Shown piece by piece: positions 1 through 13,109 of a stretch of DNA of 63,574 nt. Origin of the DNA: Chiloscyllium plagiosum (Eukaryota); the NCBI RefSeq assembly GCF_004010195.1, contig NC_057756.1, positions 9,516,151 to 9,579,724 of the forward strand, in the 5' to 3' direction. Within the stretch, counting starts at the first letter, position 1; each line of letters begins with the position of its first letter. A program made the position numbers and the translations under genes. The notes under the pieces are model-generated. The model worked only from the letters and a program-made list of their open reading frames with translations. It did no database searches and was not told the origin of the DNA.

Positions 1-228
1 AGGTATAGGACAGATGTTGGGGGTAGGTTCTTTACTCAGCGAGTTGTGAGTTCATGGAATGCCCTGCCAGTCGCAGTGGTGGACTCTCCCTCTTTATGGG
101 CATTTAAGCGGGCATTGGATAGGCATATGGAGGATAGTGGGCTAGTGTAGGTTAGGTGGGCTTGGATCGGCGCAACATCGAGGGCCAAAGGGCCTGTACT
201 GCGCTGTATTCTTCTATGTTCTATGTTC
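1..228 (+). mobile_element. CR1-type LINE 3' end (ttctatg-tail subfamily)
   Basis: ttctttactcag...tggaatgccct...(ttctatg)n tail, same family as 26930-27977. Confidence 0.8.
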
Positions 229-534
229 AACTATGATCGAATAGTGGAGCAGGTTCAGGCTATGTCAGAAAACAGAGGAGATCAAAGCTGATGGGATTGA
301 CAGGAGAACAAGATAGAAAGTAAAGTGAAGGTGTTGGGGGGGGGGGGGGGGGGGGGAGGATTGAGAGACTGAGCCAATGATGCACTCTGTGAATCACTAT
401 CCATATTCATTTCCGTTCTCATCTAAATTGAAAATGCAAGAGAGAAAATGGCTGTGGCAACACCTGGTGTATGTGGGGGTAAATATTTTTGTTTCTCTGA
501 AGGAGCAAGTTCGAATTGTGAGCCAATATGCAGC

Positions 535-1030
535 ACGAAACTTGAAAGGGTTCAGAAAAGATTTACAAGGATGTTGCCAGGGTTGGAGGATTTGAGCTAT
601 AGGGAGAGACTGAACAGGCTGGGGCTGTTTTCCCTGGAGTGTCGGAGGCTGAGGGGTGACTTTATAGAGGCTTACAAAATTATGAGGGGCATGGTTAGGG
701 TAAATAGGCAAAGTCTTTTCCCTGGGGTGGGGGAGTCCAGAACTAGAGGGCAGAGGTTTAGGGTGAGAGAGGAAAGATATAAAAAAGACCTATGCGTCAA
801 CTTTTTCACACAGAGGGTGATATGTGTATGGAATGAGCTGCCAGAGGAAGTGGTGGAGGCTGGTACAATTGCAACATTTAAGAGGCATCTGGATGGGTAT
901 ATGAATAGGAAGGGTTTGGAGGGATATGGGCCGGGTGCTGGCAGGTGGGACTAGATTGGTTTGGGATATCTGGTCGGCATGGACGGGTTGGACTGAAGGG
1001 CCTGTTTCCGTGCTGTACATCACGATGACT
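535..1030 (+). mobile_element. CR1/HER1 LINE 3' fragment
   Basis: [24 protein letters not shown]...[18 protein letters not shown]. Confidence 0.92.
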
Positions 1031-1609
1031 CCAAGGGACAATAGCATTCTATAGTCACTCGTGCAATACCGGTTAAAGACATGTGTTATCACATAATTCT
1101 GTACATAGTGTACCTGTGTTGGCCGAAACAACGCAGGCAGGAATTCACAGTGACCCTCATTCAATGTAACCGAGTTGTGTGAAGTCATCTTTCACTAGTT
1201 GTAGATGTTTTGATGATGTTGAGCCCAGCATTTCCCATTTAATCCCATTCGTTGTCGAATGTTCATTGTGTTGATGAGGAAAACAGAACATATGTGAAAA
1301 CGTGATGATGGAACTACTCCAAACTTCATCTGTGTTACCTAGATTCCTTCATTGAGCTTATTCCCACTGAGCCTAACTTTGGGCTCTGCTGAATGCGTTG
1401 GACAAAGCCGACCCTTTACGGGAACCTGTCAGCTTTGGAAATGAAGGTGGGCAGCCTGAGAAATGACGGCCAGCAAAGCTGAGAGCATCTGAGCCAGTTG
1501 CAGGTTCATTCTCCCTGGCTTGAACATGCACAGAACTGGATATTGCAGGCAGGTGAAGGTGGAGGGCCTGGAATGCTCTGCAGGAGAGGTCTGGGGGATG
1601 GAGATCCTC

Positions 1610-2220
1610 TGTATGGTTATGAGAATAGGAGTTGGGAGGTCCTGTTGCAGCTGTGCAGGACATTGGTTAGACCACTTTGGAATATTGCTTGCAGTTCTGG
1701 TCTTCCTATCAGAGGGATGTTGCAAAACTTGAAAAGGTTCAGAAAGGATTTACAAGGATGTTGCCTTGGTTGGACGATTGAGCTACAGGGAGAGGTTAAG
1801 TAGGCTTGGGCTGTTTTCCCAGGAGTGTCGGAGGCTGAGGGGTGACTTTTATTGAGGTTTATAAAATCATGAGGGGCATGAATACGGTAACTGGATAAGG
1901 TCTTTTCCCTGGGGTGGGGGAGTCCAGAACTAGAGGGCATAGGTTTAAGGTAATAGGGGAAAGATATAAAAGAGACCTAAGGGGCAACTTTTACATGCAG
2001 AGACTGGCGCATGTATGAAATGAGCTGCCAGAGGAAGTGGTGGAGGCTGGTACAATTTCAGCATTTAAAAGGCGTTTGGATGAGTATATGAACAGAAAGG
2101 GTTTAGAGGGATATGGGCCAAGTGCTAGCAAATGGGACTACATTAGTTTAGGATATCTGGTCAGTATGGACAAGTTGGACCAAGGGTGTGTTTCCATGCT
2201 GTACATCTCTATGACTCTAT
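1610..2220 (+). mobile_element. CR1/HER1 LINE 3' fragment
   Basis: Degenerate ORF2 C-terminus and ctctatgactctat tail. Confidence 0.9.
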
Positions 2221-2305
2221 AATTTCACTGCTGAATGCTGATTACATAATACTAAGGTCTGCTCTGGGGTCGGTGCTTCACCCTGATCAAATCTGTTCTG
2301 TACTG

Positions 2306-2493
2306 AAAATGTGTTGCTGGAAAAGCGCAGCAGGTCAGGCAGCATCCAAGGAACAGGAGAATTGACGTTTCGGGCATGAGCCCTGCCCAAAACGTCGATT
2401 CTCCTGCTCCTTGGATGCTGCCTGACCTGCTGCGCTTTTCCAGCAACACATTTTCAGCTCTGATCTCCAGCATCTGCAGTCCTCACTTTCTCC
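2306..2493. mobile_element. Palindromic Penelope-terminus-derived element with 19-bp target duplication
   Basis: ~70-bp inverted arms (aaatgtgttgctggaaaagcgcagcagg.../...cctgctgcgcttttccagcaacacattt); tcaaatctgttctgtactg at 2287-2305 and 2494-2512. Confidence 0.8.
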
Positions 2494-2704
2494 TCAAATC
2501 TGTTCTGTACTGGGCAGACTTTTACAACATCCTTCCAATAGGAAGGAGACCAGAATTGCATGCAATATTCCCAAAGTGGCCTAACCAATGTCCTGTGCAG
2601 CTGCAACATGATCTCCCAACTCCTCTACTCAATGCACTGACTAATAAAGGAATGTGTACCGAATGCCTTCTTCACTATCCTATCTACCTGCAACTCTACC
2701 TGTA

Positions 2705-4300
2705 CTCATCAATGTTCCTACTAGAGAGGGTGCAAAACTTGATCTACTCTTGGGAAATAAGGAAGGGCAGGTGTCTGAGGTATCAGTGGGGGAGCACTTT
2801 AGGGTCAGCGATCGTAATTCTATTAGTTCTAAAATAGTGATTGATAAAGATAGATCGGGTCTAAAATTTGAAGTTCTAAATTGGAGGAAGGCTAATTTTG
2901 ATGGTATTAGGCAAGAGCTCTCAAAGGCTGATTGGAGGCAGATATTCACAGGTAAATGGACAACTGGAAAATGGGAAGGCTTCAGAAATGAGATAACGAG
3001 AGTCCAGAGACAGTATATTCTTGTTAGGGTGAAAGGAAAGGCTGGTAGGTGTAGGGAATGTTGGATAACTAGAGAAATTGAGGGTTTGATTAGGAAAAAG
3101 AAGGAAGCATATGTCAGGTTTAGACAGGAGAGATCAAGTAAATCCTTATAAAGAGTATAGAGGCAGTAGGTCCTAAGAGGGAAATCAGGATAGCAAAAGG
3201 GGGATATGAGATAGCTTTGGCAAATTTGGTTAAGGAGAACCCAAGGACATTACATTAAGGACAAAAGGGTAACTAAGGAGGGAATAGGGCTCCTCAAAGA
3301 TCAGCAAGGCAGCCTATATGTGGAACTGCAGGAGATGGGGAAGATACTAAATGGGTATTTTGCATCCGTCTTTACTGTAGAAGATACAGAATGTGGGGAA
3401 ATAGATAGTGACATCTTTAAAAAATGTCCGTATTACAGAGGAGGTGGTGCTGGATGTTTTGGAACACATAAAAGCAGATAAATCCCCAGGACCTGATCAG
3501 GTGTACCCTAGAATTCTGTGTGAAGCTAGGGAAGTGATTGTTGGGCCCGTTGCTGAGATACTTGTATCATTGATAATCACAGGTGAGGTGCCAGAAGACT
3601 GGAGGTTGCCTAATGTAATGCCACTATTTAAGAAGGGTGATAAGAAAAACCAGGGAACTATAGACCAGCGAGCTTAAAATCAGAGGTGATCAAGTTGTTG
3701 GAGGGAATCCTGAGGGACAGGATTTACATGTATTTGGAAGGGCAAGGACTGACTAGGGATAGTCATCATGGTTTTGTGCATGGGAAATCATGTCTTACAA
3801 ACTTGATTCATTTTTTTGAAGAAGTAACAAAGAGGATTGATGAGGGCAGAGAGGTGGACGTGATCCAAATGAACTTCAGTAAGGCGTTCGACAAGGTTCC
3901 CCATGGGAGACTGGTTAGCAAGGTTAGATCTCTTGGAATACAGGGAGAATTACCCATTTGGATACAGAACTGGCTTGAAGATAGAAGACGGAGGGGTGAT
4001 GGTGGAGGGGTTCTTTACCAGACTGGAGGCCAGTGACCAGTGGTATGCCACAAGGATCGGTGCTGGGTCCACTATTCATCATTTATACAAATGATTTGGA
4101 TGTGAACATAGGAGGAATAGTTAGTAAGTTTGCAGATGACACCAAAATTGGAGGTGTCATGGACAGCGAAGAAAGTTAGCTCAGATTACAACAGGATCTT
4201 GATCAGATGGGATTTACGAGCTGACAAATGGCAGATGGAGTTTAATTTAAATAAATGTGAGGTGCTGCATTTTGGAAAAGCACATCAGAGCAGGAGTTAA
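2705..4300 (+). mobile_element. Degraded CR1 LINE ORF2 (endonuclease end to RT)
   Basis: PTREGAKLDLLLGN, KSPGPDQVYPR, VPEDWR, HGFVHGKSCLTNL, FSKAFDKVPH, KFADD; frameshifted. Confidence 0.92.
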
Positions 4301-4301
4301 A

Positions 4302-5215
4302 CAATTGATCACTAATTTCTAATTTCCTCCCTCTCCCCCTTCTCCTTGTGGATAATACCTTTCTTCATGGATTCCCACATGCTCCCTGCCAGAAGCGCAC
4401 TGTCATGCACCTCCAGCAGGACCTGGCCAATCAAATCCCATGGAACTGAATACAATTTGTCCAGTCGGCCATCTCTTCTGGGAGTTTTATTATTTTCTAA
4501 GGACTTGAGGGCCTTGTTCAGCTCATCCAGAGATAGCGGCTGATCCAGCCTCTCTCACGAGCTGTCATTTCATGACAGAGGAAAGTGAGGACTACAGATG
4601 CTGGAGAATCCTGATGAAGGGCTTATGCCCGAAATGTTGACTCTCTTGCTTCTTGGATGCTGCCTGGCCTGCTGTGCTTTTACCTCCATGATAGAGGAAT
4701 AATGATTGGGAGGCTGTGCTGTTTGGGGGCTTTGTGTCATGCAGTCTGACAAAAAAGGGTATGCTGATCCTCAGATGTCAAACTGAGATGATGTTACTGA
4801 GCCATCTTCTTCCTTCAGGCTGCTGAGCACAGAGCTCTCCTTTTGGAAGAAGAAATGCATGTCTCATCCTGTTTCACAGAGTGGATCCTGGACCGGAAGA
4901 TTAACTTGGAGGCCTCTGAGGCAAAGAACAAGGCTTGCTGGCTCTTCACTTCCTGGAGATCCTTGTGATATCAACTCCTATTGTCTACACCAGGATTAGG
5001 TTCTGCATGCTTTTCTGGATTTTGGGTAGTTTTCCCTCGCCTGTCTCTCTCTTTCTCTCTGTCTCTCTCTCTCTCTCTCTTTCCTTTGAACACCTTTGTA
5101 AATAGCTTGCCAGCAACAGCATCAATGCACCTGCATAACATATTTCGTGTGGGGAAACTGTCCCGTGTTGCGAAACGAAGAATTACATTCCTCCTCCAGA
5201 TCAGCAAATTTCTTT
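4302..5215 (-). mobile_element. L1/Tx1-clade LINE ORF2 fragment (duplication copy A)
   Basis: Minus strand reads ERLDQPLSLDELNKALKSLENNKTP..DG...WDLIGQVLLEV. Confidence 0.7.
4603..4646 (+). ncRNA. Degenerate minimal hammerhead ribozyme (Penelope terminus)
   Basis: GAGAAUC-CUGAUGA-A-GGGC-UUAU-GCCC-GAAA-UGUU-GACUCUC. Confidence 0.5.
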
Positions 5216-5702
5216 AGAAACAAAAACAAAAATGCTGCAAAAGCTCAGCAGGTCTGGCAGCATCTGTGGAGAGAAATCGGAGTTAACACATTAGGCCCAG
5301 TTACCGTTCCTCAGAACTGATGGTAGGTCAGAAAAGTTGTTTTTTTTGGACAGAAGATTGGGTGGGGAGAGTGGGAAAGGAGTCAAAAAGTGTGCTGGAA
5401 AATCACAGCTGGTCAGGCAGCATCCGAGGAGCAGGAGGGTTGACGTTTTGAGCATAACCTGGGTCCAATCCCATACCCATGCCCATACTTCAGTCCTCTC
5501 ACAACAGCAACAGGATCCTCCTTGTCCTCGCCTACCATCCCACCAGCATCCACATCCAGAGCATCATTAGCCGCTAATTCTTCCACTTCTGCTGGGATGC
5601 TATCATTAGACACATACTCCCCTCCCATCCCTGATTAGTCTTCTGCAGGGACACTCTGGTCCATTCCTTCTTCACTGCCAAGACCACAACCTGCACCCAT
5701 TG

Positions 5703-6030
5703 TGGGCGGCACCGTGGCATAGTGGTTAGCACTGCTGCCTCACAACGCCAGAGACCCGGGTTCAATTCCCGCCTCAGGTGACTGACTGTGTGGAGTTTGC
5801 ACGTTCTCCCCGTGTCTGCGTGGGTTTCCTCCGGGTGCTCCGGTTTCCTCCCACAGTCCAAAGATGTGCAGGTCAGGTGAATTGGCCATGCTAAATTGCC
5901 CATAGTGTTAGGTAAGGGGTAAATGTAGGGGTATGGGTGGGTTGCACTTCGGTGGGGCGGTGTGGACTTGTTGGGCCAAAGGGCCTGTTTCCACACTGTA
6001 AGTAATCTAATCTAATCTAAAAGTAATCTA
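5703..6030 (+). mobile_element. HE1-type V-SINE (tRNA-derived)
   Basis: A/B boxes (tggttagcactg, ggttcaattccc), V-domain gtgggtttcctccgggtgctccggtttcctcccaca, (ctaat)n tail. Confidence 0.92.
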
Positions 6031-6074
6031 ATCACCCTCCTCCTCCTCCTCCTCCTCCCTGCCAACAGCACCAC

Positions 6075-6440
6075 AGCACCTTCCCTTGCAACCACAGAAG
6101 GTGTAACACGTGCCTGTTTACTATGTCCGTCCTCAGTATCTTGCGGCCCAAGCACAACTTCTGGGTGAAGCAGCGCTTTACCTGCACTTTAGTCAATCTA
6201 GTCCACTGCATTTGCTGTTCACAATGTGATCTCCTCTACACTGGGGAAACAAAATGTACACTAGATTACCACTTCTCAGAACACCTACATCTGTCCACAA
6301 AAAAGACCCTGAGCTTCCAGTTGCTTGCCACCTCAACACACAATCTTATTCCCTGGCCAACATCTCTGTCTCAGGCTTGCTGCAGTGCTCCAGTGAAGCT
6401 CAGCGCAAATTAGACTCAATACCAAGTTCAACAATTTTCC
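6075..6440 (+). mobile_element. Penelope-like element GIY-YIG endonuclease remnant
   Basis: FTCTLVNLVHCICCSQCDLLYTGETKCTL..HFSEHL. Confidence 0.8.
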
Positions 6441-7139
6441 TGATATACCCCATCTCCACACGTTAGGCCCTTTGGTCACATGGTCTGCTACTACACACAG
6501 TTCTTTGTTAGCCATTAATAGTCCCCATTTAGCAGCTATTCTTTCTCCAAGACTGACCATTTTGTCCTTTTTTTGACAAGAAAGATTTGAAGGCAGAAGA
6601 GCAGTCTACTAAAACAATTAGATAAACAGCTTGTGAATGGATGTGTGATCAGTTCTCACAGAACCAGTATATTTAATTTTTCAGCAGCAGTTGTTGTTGG
6701 AGTCTGGAAGAAGTGGGAGATATTTTTTTCCTCTCTTTGCTGCAGGAGTTGCATGTGAGACAAATCTGTTTTCTGAATTTGCCTTTTTCCAAGGGTGTGT
6801 TCATGGAATGTTACCATTTTGGAATAGTTACTGAATGGTTAGGACCTGTTTACAAGAAAAATAATCGATTTTATCTGTTAAGTTATTCCAAGTTCCTCCT
6901 TTTTTTGTTTATTTTAGCCAATATATAGTACTTATTTAAATTGTGCTTTGCTTAACTTCAAAATGTTTGACCAGTCAAATTGTATCTGGAACACAACATT
7001 CTGCATTTATTTTTTAAAAATAAGAAAAGGTTAAGCCCTAGGCTACCTTGTTAACATATTTTGAAGGTATCTGGTCTAGTCCATAACATCACTCCTTTGT
7101 TCAACCATTTTTCCCTTCTTTGGGCTCTGTATCCTTCTT

Positions 7140-7712
7140 TGGATACAGAACTGGCTGAAAGAAAGAAGACAGAGGGTGGTGGTGGAGGGTTGTTTTTCAG
7201 ACTGGAGCCCTGTGACCAGTGGAGTGCCACAAGGATTGGTGCTGGGCTCTCTACTTTTTGTCATTTACATAAATGATTTGGATGTGAGCATAAGAGGTAC
7301 AGTTAGTAAGTTTGAAGATGACACCAAAATTGGAGGTGTAGTGGACAGCGAAGAGGGTGACCTCAGATTACAACAGGGTCTGGACCAAATGGGCAATGGG
7401 CTGAGAAGTAGCAGAAATTGGGCGGCACGGTGGCACAGTGGTTAGCACTGCTGCCTCACAGTGCCAGAGACCCGGGTTCAATTCCCGCCTCAGGCGACTG
7501 ACTGTGTGGAGTTTGCACATTCTCCCTGTGTCTGTGTGGGTTTGCTCCGGTTTCCTCCCACAGTCCAAAGATCTGCAGGTCAGGTGAATAGGCCATCCTA
7601 AATTGCCCGTAGTGTTAGGTAAGGGGTAAATGTAGGGGTATGGGTGGGTTGCGCATCGGTGTGGACTTGTTGGGCCGAAGGGCCTGTTTCCACACTGTAA
7701 GTAATCTAATCT
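7140..7712 (+). mobile_element. CR1 RT fragment followed by HE1-type SINE (7420-7712)
   Basis: [29 protein letters not shown] then SINE consensus. Confidence 0.88.
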
Positions 7713-9379
7713 GCACCTATTATTTATTCCTTTCCCCCTGCTCCCACCCTATCTTATGCATCAAAAATAACTTTTTCCTAGCTACCATCAGTTTGTGAGC
7801 AAGAGTTACTGGAACTGAAACATTAATTCTGATTTCTCATCATAGATTCTGCCAGACCTACTGAGATTTTACTGCAATTTCTGTTTTTGTTTCTGATTTC
7901 TAGCATCCAGTTCTTGTGGTTTTTTTTAATTTTTAGGCACTGTATTTCAGAGTCAAATAATTACATCATGATAACAAATTCAAAGTAACTTTAAAATTCA
8001 AGTGGCTTATTTTACCTGTCAAGTTGGCTTCCAGGTGGTTCCGAAAAATAAATTAAATGAATGCAGGAGCATTCATTGTTTACCATCTACTATTGGTAAT
8101 GGTGAATGATGCAGAGTTGCTCATGTGGGTGGTCACAGGTTTAGAAGATGCTAAGGATCTGTGAGTTCTGCAGTGCATCTTTTAGAAGAAACCGACTGCT
8201 GTTACTGAGTGTTGGTGGTGGAGAGAATGAATGTTGATGTGACACTAATCAATTGGACTGCATTGTCCTGGATGGTGTTGTTTCTTGAATGTCATTGAAG
8301 CTGCATACATCCAGGCAAGTGGGGAGTATTCCATCACCTTCTGGCTTGTGCCTTGTAAATAGTGGACAGGTTTTGGGGGGTCAATAGGTGAGTTATTCAT
8401 TACAGTATTCCTGCCCTCTGACCTGCTCTTATAGCCACTGCTAGCCCAATTGAGTTTCTGGTGAATGGTAACATCCTCAGGGCTACCACCTACAAGACGT
8501 GTTGCTTGGATATTAATCCATTCCTATATATTTGCATTAGAATTATCAAAATCTCACTGTGCAAGTGTAAAAGGAAGAAGGAAGAGCTAAGTGGAGAATA
8601 AAGTCTAGAATTCTCAAACAATAAAAATGAACACAGGAAATACAGACTGGTACTGATATGTATAACTATAGATTAGACTGGTGTTACCTTACCATCTGCT
8701 AAGTCAAACATTGGCAAATATGAAATAAGTTTGAAGAAGTTGACTTATGCCATGATCAGATTGAAGGAGAACTTGGTCATGCATTATAAATTCAATCTTT
8801 ACATTAAATAGTGCATCCTTTAAACTACAATGGTGCTTGAAAGTTTAAAATCAGTGGAAAATAATTTATTTTGCTCAGAAACAACTTCCTGATGTGCTTT
8901 CAAAACATCAAGGAAATACTGACATGGATACTTTTCAGGTCAAGAAAGATCAAACATCAAACTATGGCATTTTTAAAAAAAAAACATTGTTCATAAACAG
9001 AGATCTCTAAAAGATAACTAATTTATTGGAAAACAGTTTATCGGATGAATGTCCTGTTCCTTCCCACAATGTAACATCTGGTACCATTCATCTTCACAGG
9101 TAAGTGTTAAAGTCTTTTCTGGAGTGGTGAGGTGCTTCCATTGTCCTGTGGTGCCTCTATGTCTGTCCTACTCAGTGTTTGGCTTTGGTATTACTGGATT
9201 GTGAAACTGCCCGTAGGGCAGTGAGATCTCTATCATGTCCATGAGAGTTTAAAGCATATTCCATTGTCTGCGTGCTGTCTGACCCAGTTTGTGAGCTGCT
9301 CGGGGAATTCTGGGTGTCCTGGTACAATTTGGCCAATTTGCTTTTGTGGGCCTATTGTGGGCTAGCAAATCTTTTCCCA

Positions 9380-10490
9380 CAACATCCCACATCTCGGTGT
9401 AAGATATCCTGTCGAAGGCCCGCTCCTGGTCCAGGCTGACGAGGCAGATGTCCACCCCCCCTGTCCTGTACGTCGGTGCTCGTATCCCTGAGGAGTGCAA
9501 GGCTCTCAGAGATGGTCCTGCCCAGTACAGCACAGGTTTAGTCAGGGTGGGTCACCGATCCCAGAGCAGACCTGATCTGATTGGCGATGACCTTAGACAT
9601 CATTTTGTAATCTGCAGTGAAATTGATCGCCAATTTCTAATTTCCTCCCTCTCCCCCTTCCCGTTGTGGATGATACCTTTCCTTATTGATTCCCACATGT
9701 TCCCTGCCAGAAGCACACTATCCCACAGAGCCAAATACAATTTGGCCAATGGGCCGTGACCTCTGGCAGTTTATTCTTTTCTAAGAGTTCGAGAGCCTTG
9801 GTCACCTCATCAAGAGATAGCAGCTGGTCCAGCCTCTCCTGTTTGCTGTTGACTCATGATAGAGGAAAGTGAGAACACGAGGTGCTGGAGAATCCTGATG
9901 AAGGACTTTTGCCTGAAATGGTGATTCTCCTGCTCCTCGAATGCTGCCTGATCTGCTGTGCATTTTCAGCACCTCACTTTTCACCTCCATGATAGAGGAC
10001 AGGAATGACTGCACTGTCTGTGGGCTTCATGTCATACAGTTTGACAAAAGGGGATTTGCTGATGCTCAGAACTGAGCATGATGTTACTGAGCCATCTTCT
10101 TCCTTCAGGCTGCTGAGCACAGAGCTCTCCTTTTGGAAGAAGAAATGCATGTCTCATCCTGTTTCACAGAGTGGATCCTGGACCGGAAGATTAACTTGGA
10201 GGCCTCTGAGGCAAAGAGCAAGGCTTGCTGGCCCTTCACCTCCTGGAGATTCTCCGTGATATGGACTCCTATTGTCTACACCAGGATTAGGTTTTGCATG
10301 CTCTTCTGGAGTTTGGGAGTTTGCCCTTGTTTCTCTCTCTGTCTCTCTCACTCTCTCTCACCTTTTAAACACCTTTGTAAATAGTTTGCCAGCTACAGAA
10401 TCGTTCCACTCGCATAGCATACTTTTCATGTGAGGCTAACTGTCCCGTGTTGTGAAATGAAGAATTACATTCCTCCTTCAAATCAGCAAA
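9380..10490 (-). mobile_element. L1/Tx1-clade LINE ORF2 fragment (duplication copy B)
   Basis: CLVSLDQERAFDRISY RT motif; colinear with 4302-5215. Confidence 0.72.
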
Positions 10491-10979
10491 TAATTTTAGA
10501 CACAACAGAAGCTGGTGGAAAAACTCAGCAGGTTTGGCAGCATCTGTGGAGTGAAATCAGGAGTTAACACTTCAGGGCCCAGTGACCCTTCCTCAGAATT
10601 GATGGTAGGCCGGAAAAGTTGGTTATTAGGCAGAGGATAGGTTGGGGGGGAGTGGGAAAGGAGTAAATGATAGGTGGCAATAGAGCCCAAAGAGACATGA
10701 TAAAGTTAGACAGACAAAGGAATCAATCTTGGGGAATGAATAGCTGCTAATGGGCACTATTAGTGACGAACAATAGGGTATTGAGTCTGGAAGCGGAGAA
10801 CAATGTGCTGTTATTTCAGATTGTGCAGAGCTTCCCTGGATCACTGACACAAGCCTGAGACAGAGATGCTGACCAGGGAACACGGTGGCGTGTCGAGATG
10901 GCAGGCAATTGGAAGGAGGCCATCTCTGATTCCTCCCTTCCCTTCCTTGAAAAGCCAATTATGGAAATAGGCTAGCCAC

Positions 10980-11780
10980 CAATTTCCACGACAAACCAAT
11001 CGATTCCCAGTTACCTTGACGATACATTCTCACACTCTGCCTCCTGTAAAGACTCGATTCTATTCTCACAGTTCCTCCTTCTCTATTAATTTTGATCTGA
11101 TGATGCCACCTTCCACAAGGGGGCCTCTGAAATGTCTACCCTCTTCCATAATCGAGGATCCCACAACAGCAACAGGGTCCCCCTTGACCACTGCTACCAT
11201 TTCACAAGCATCCACATCCAGAGCAATATTTGCCACTCTTTCTGCCACCTCCACTGGGATGCTCCACATTCCCCTCCCATCCATGATTAATCTTCTGGAG
11301 AGATAGTCTGGCCCACTCCTTCACTCCCAATACCACATTCCTGCTCCCCTCCTCATGACTCCACAACACCCTCTCTTGTAACCACAGAAGGTGTAACGCG
11401 TGTCTGTTTACTACGTCCTTCCTCAGTACCTTACAGCCCAAACACACCTTCTGGGTGAAGCATCACTTTACCTGCACTTTAGCCAATCTAGTCCACTGCA
11501 TTTGCTGTTCACAATGTGATCTCCTCTACACTGGGGAAACAAAGTGTACACTGAATGACCACTTCACAGAACACCTATATCTGTCCACAAAAAAGACGCT
11601 GAGCTTCCAGTTGCATGCCACCTCAACACATAATCTTGTTCCCTGGCCAACGTCTCTGTCTCAGACTTGCTGTAGTGCTCCAGTGAAGCTCAGCACAAAT
11701 TGGAAGAATAGCACCTCATTTTCCACTTGAGAACTCTATTGCCTTGTCGACTCAATATTAAGTTCAACAGTTTTACGGCC
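10980..11780 (+). mobile_element. Penelope-like element remnant (duplication copy B)
   Basis: HFTCTLANLVHCICCSQCDLLYTGETK. Confidence 0.78.
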
Positions 11781-13109
11781 TGAGTATCTTTCCCCTTGAT
11801 ATCCCACACCTCCACACACCAGGCCCTGTGGTCATATGGTCTGCTACTACACACAACCCTTTCTCAGCCACTAATAGTCCCCATTACTAGCTATTCATTC
11901 TGGAAGACTGACCATTAGCTACGATGATGATAGTATGTTTTAAGAGGTTATTTGTCCTTTTTTTAAAAGAAAGGTTTGAAGGCAGAAGTAACGAACAGTC
12001 TACTATAACTTTTAGAGTAAACAGCTTTACAGACTTTTTTTCCCAAGTTGGAACAATAGAAGCAGCCTGAATGGGTGTGTTACCAGCACTTCCAGAAACA
12101 GGTTATTTAATTTTCACCGGCAGTTGCTGTTGGGGTCTGGAAGTTCTTCTCTTTGCTGCAGGAGTTGCATGTCAGACAAATCTGTTTTCTGAATTTACCT
12201 TTTTCTTCTGTATTTATGGGATATTACCACTTTGGAACAGTTACTAAACAGTTAGGACCTGTTTACTCGCAAAATAATCAATCATTCTTTTAAGTTTTCC
12301 AAAGTAAAGTTATTCTAAGTTCCTCTTTGTTTTGTTGAATTTTAGCCACTGTATAGTGCTTGAATAAATTGTGTTTTGCTTAACTTCGAAACGTTTTACC
12401 AATCAAATTGAATCTAGAACACAACACTATTTATTTTTAAAATAAGAAAAGGTTAGGACCTAAGCTACCTTCTTAACATATTTTGAAAGTGTTTCGTCTA
12501 GTCCAAAACACCACTCTTTTGTTCAATTATTCTTCTCTTCCTTGGGCTCTATCTCCACCTATCATTTACTTCTTCCACTCCAAGCCCCACCCTCCCTTAT
12601 GCATCAAAAACACCTTTTTCCGAGCTACCGTCAGTTTGTGAGCAAGGGTTACTGGACCTGAATCATTAACTCTGATTCCTCACCACAGATTCTGCCAGAC
12701 CTGCTGACATTTCACAGCAATTTCTGTTTTTGTTTCTGATTTCCAGCATCCAGTTCTTATTTTTGGTTTAGATTTTAAGAACTGGATTTCAGAGTCAAAT
12801 GATTTCCTCATCATGATAATGAATTCAAAGAAACTTTGCAATTCAAGTGGCTTATTTTGCTTGTCAAGTTGACTTCCAGGTGATTCTGATTTATAAATTA
12901 ATTGAAGATAGGAACATTCATCATTTATGTCTATGTCTACTGGTAATGGTGAATGATGCAGGGAAATTATTCATGTGGGTGGTCATAGGTTTAGAAGATG
13001 CTGTCTAAGGATCTATGAGTTCTGCAGTGCATCTTATAGAAGAAACCTACTGCTGCTACTAAGTGTTCATGGTGGAGAGAATGAATGTTTGTTGATGTAA
13101 CACAAATCA

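Noticed and set aside
5703..5775. tRNA-like sequences at SINE heads
   Set aside because: tRNA-derived heads of HE1-type SINEs, not tRNA genes
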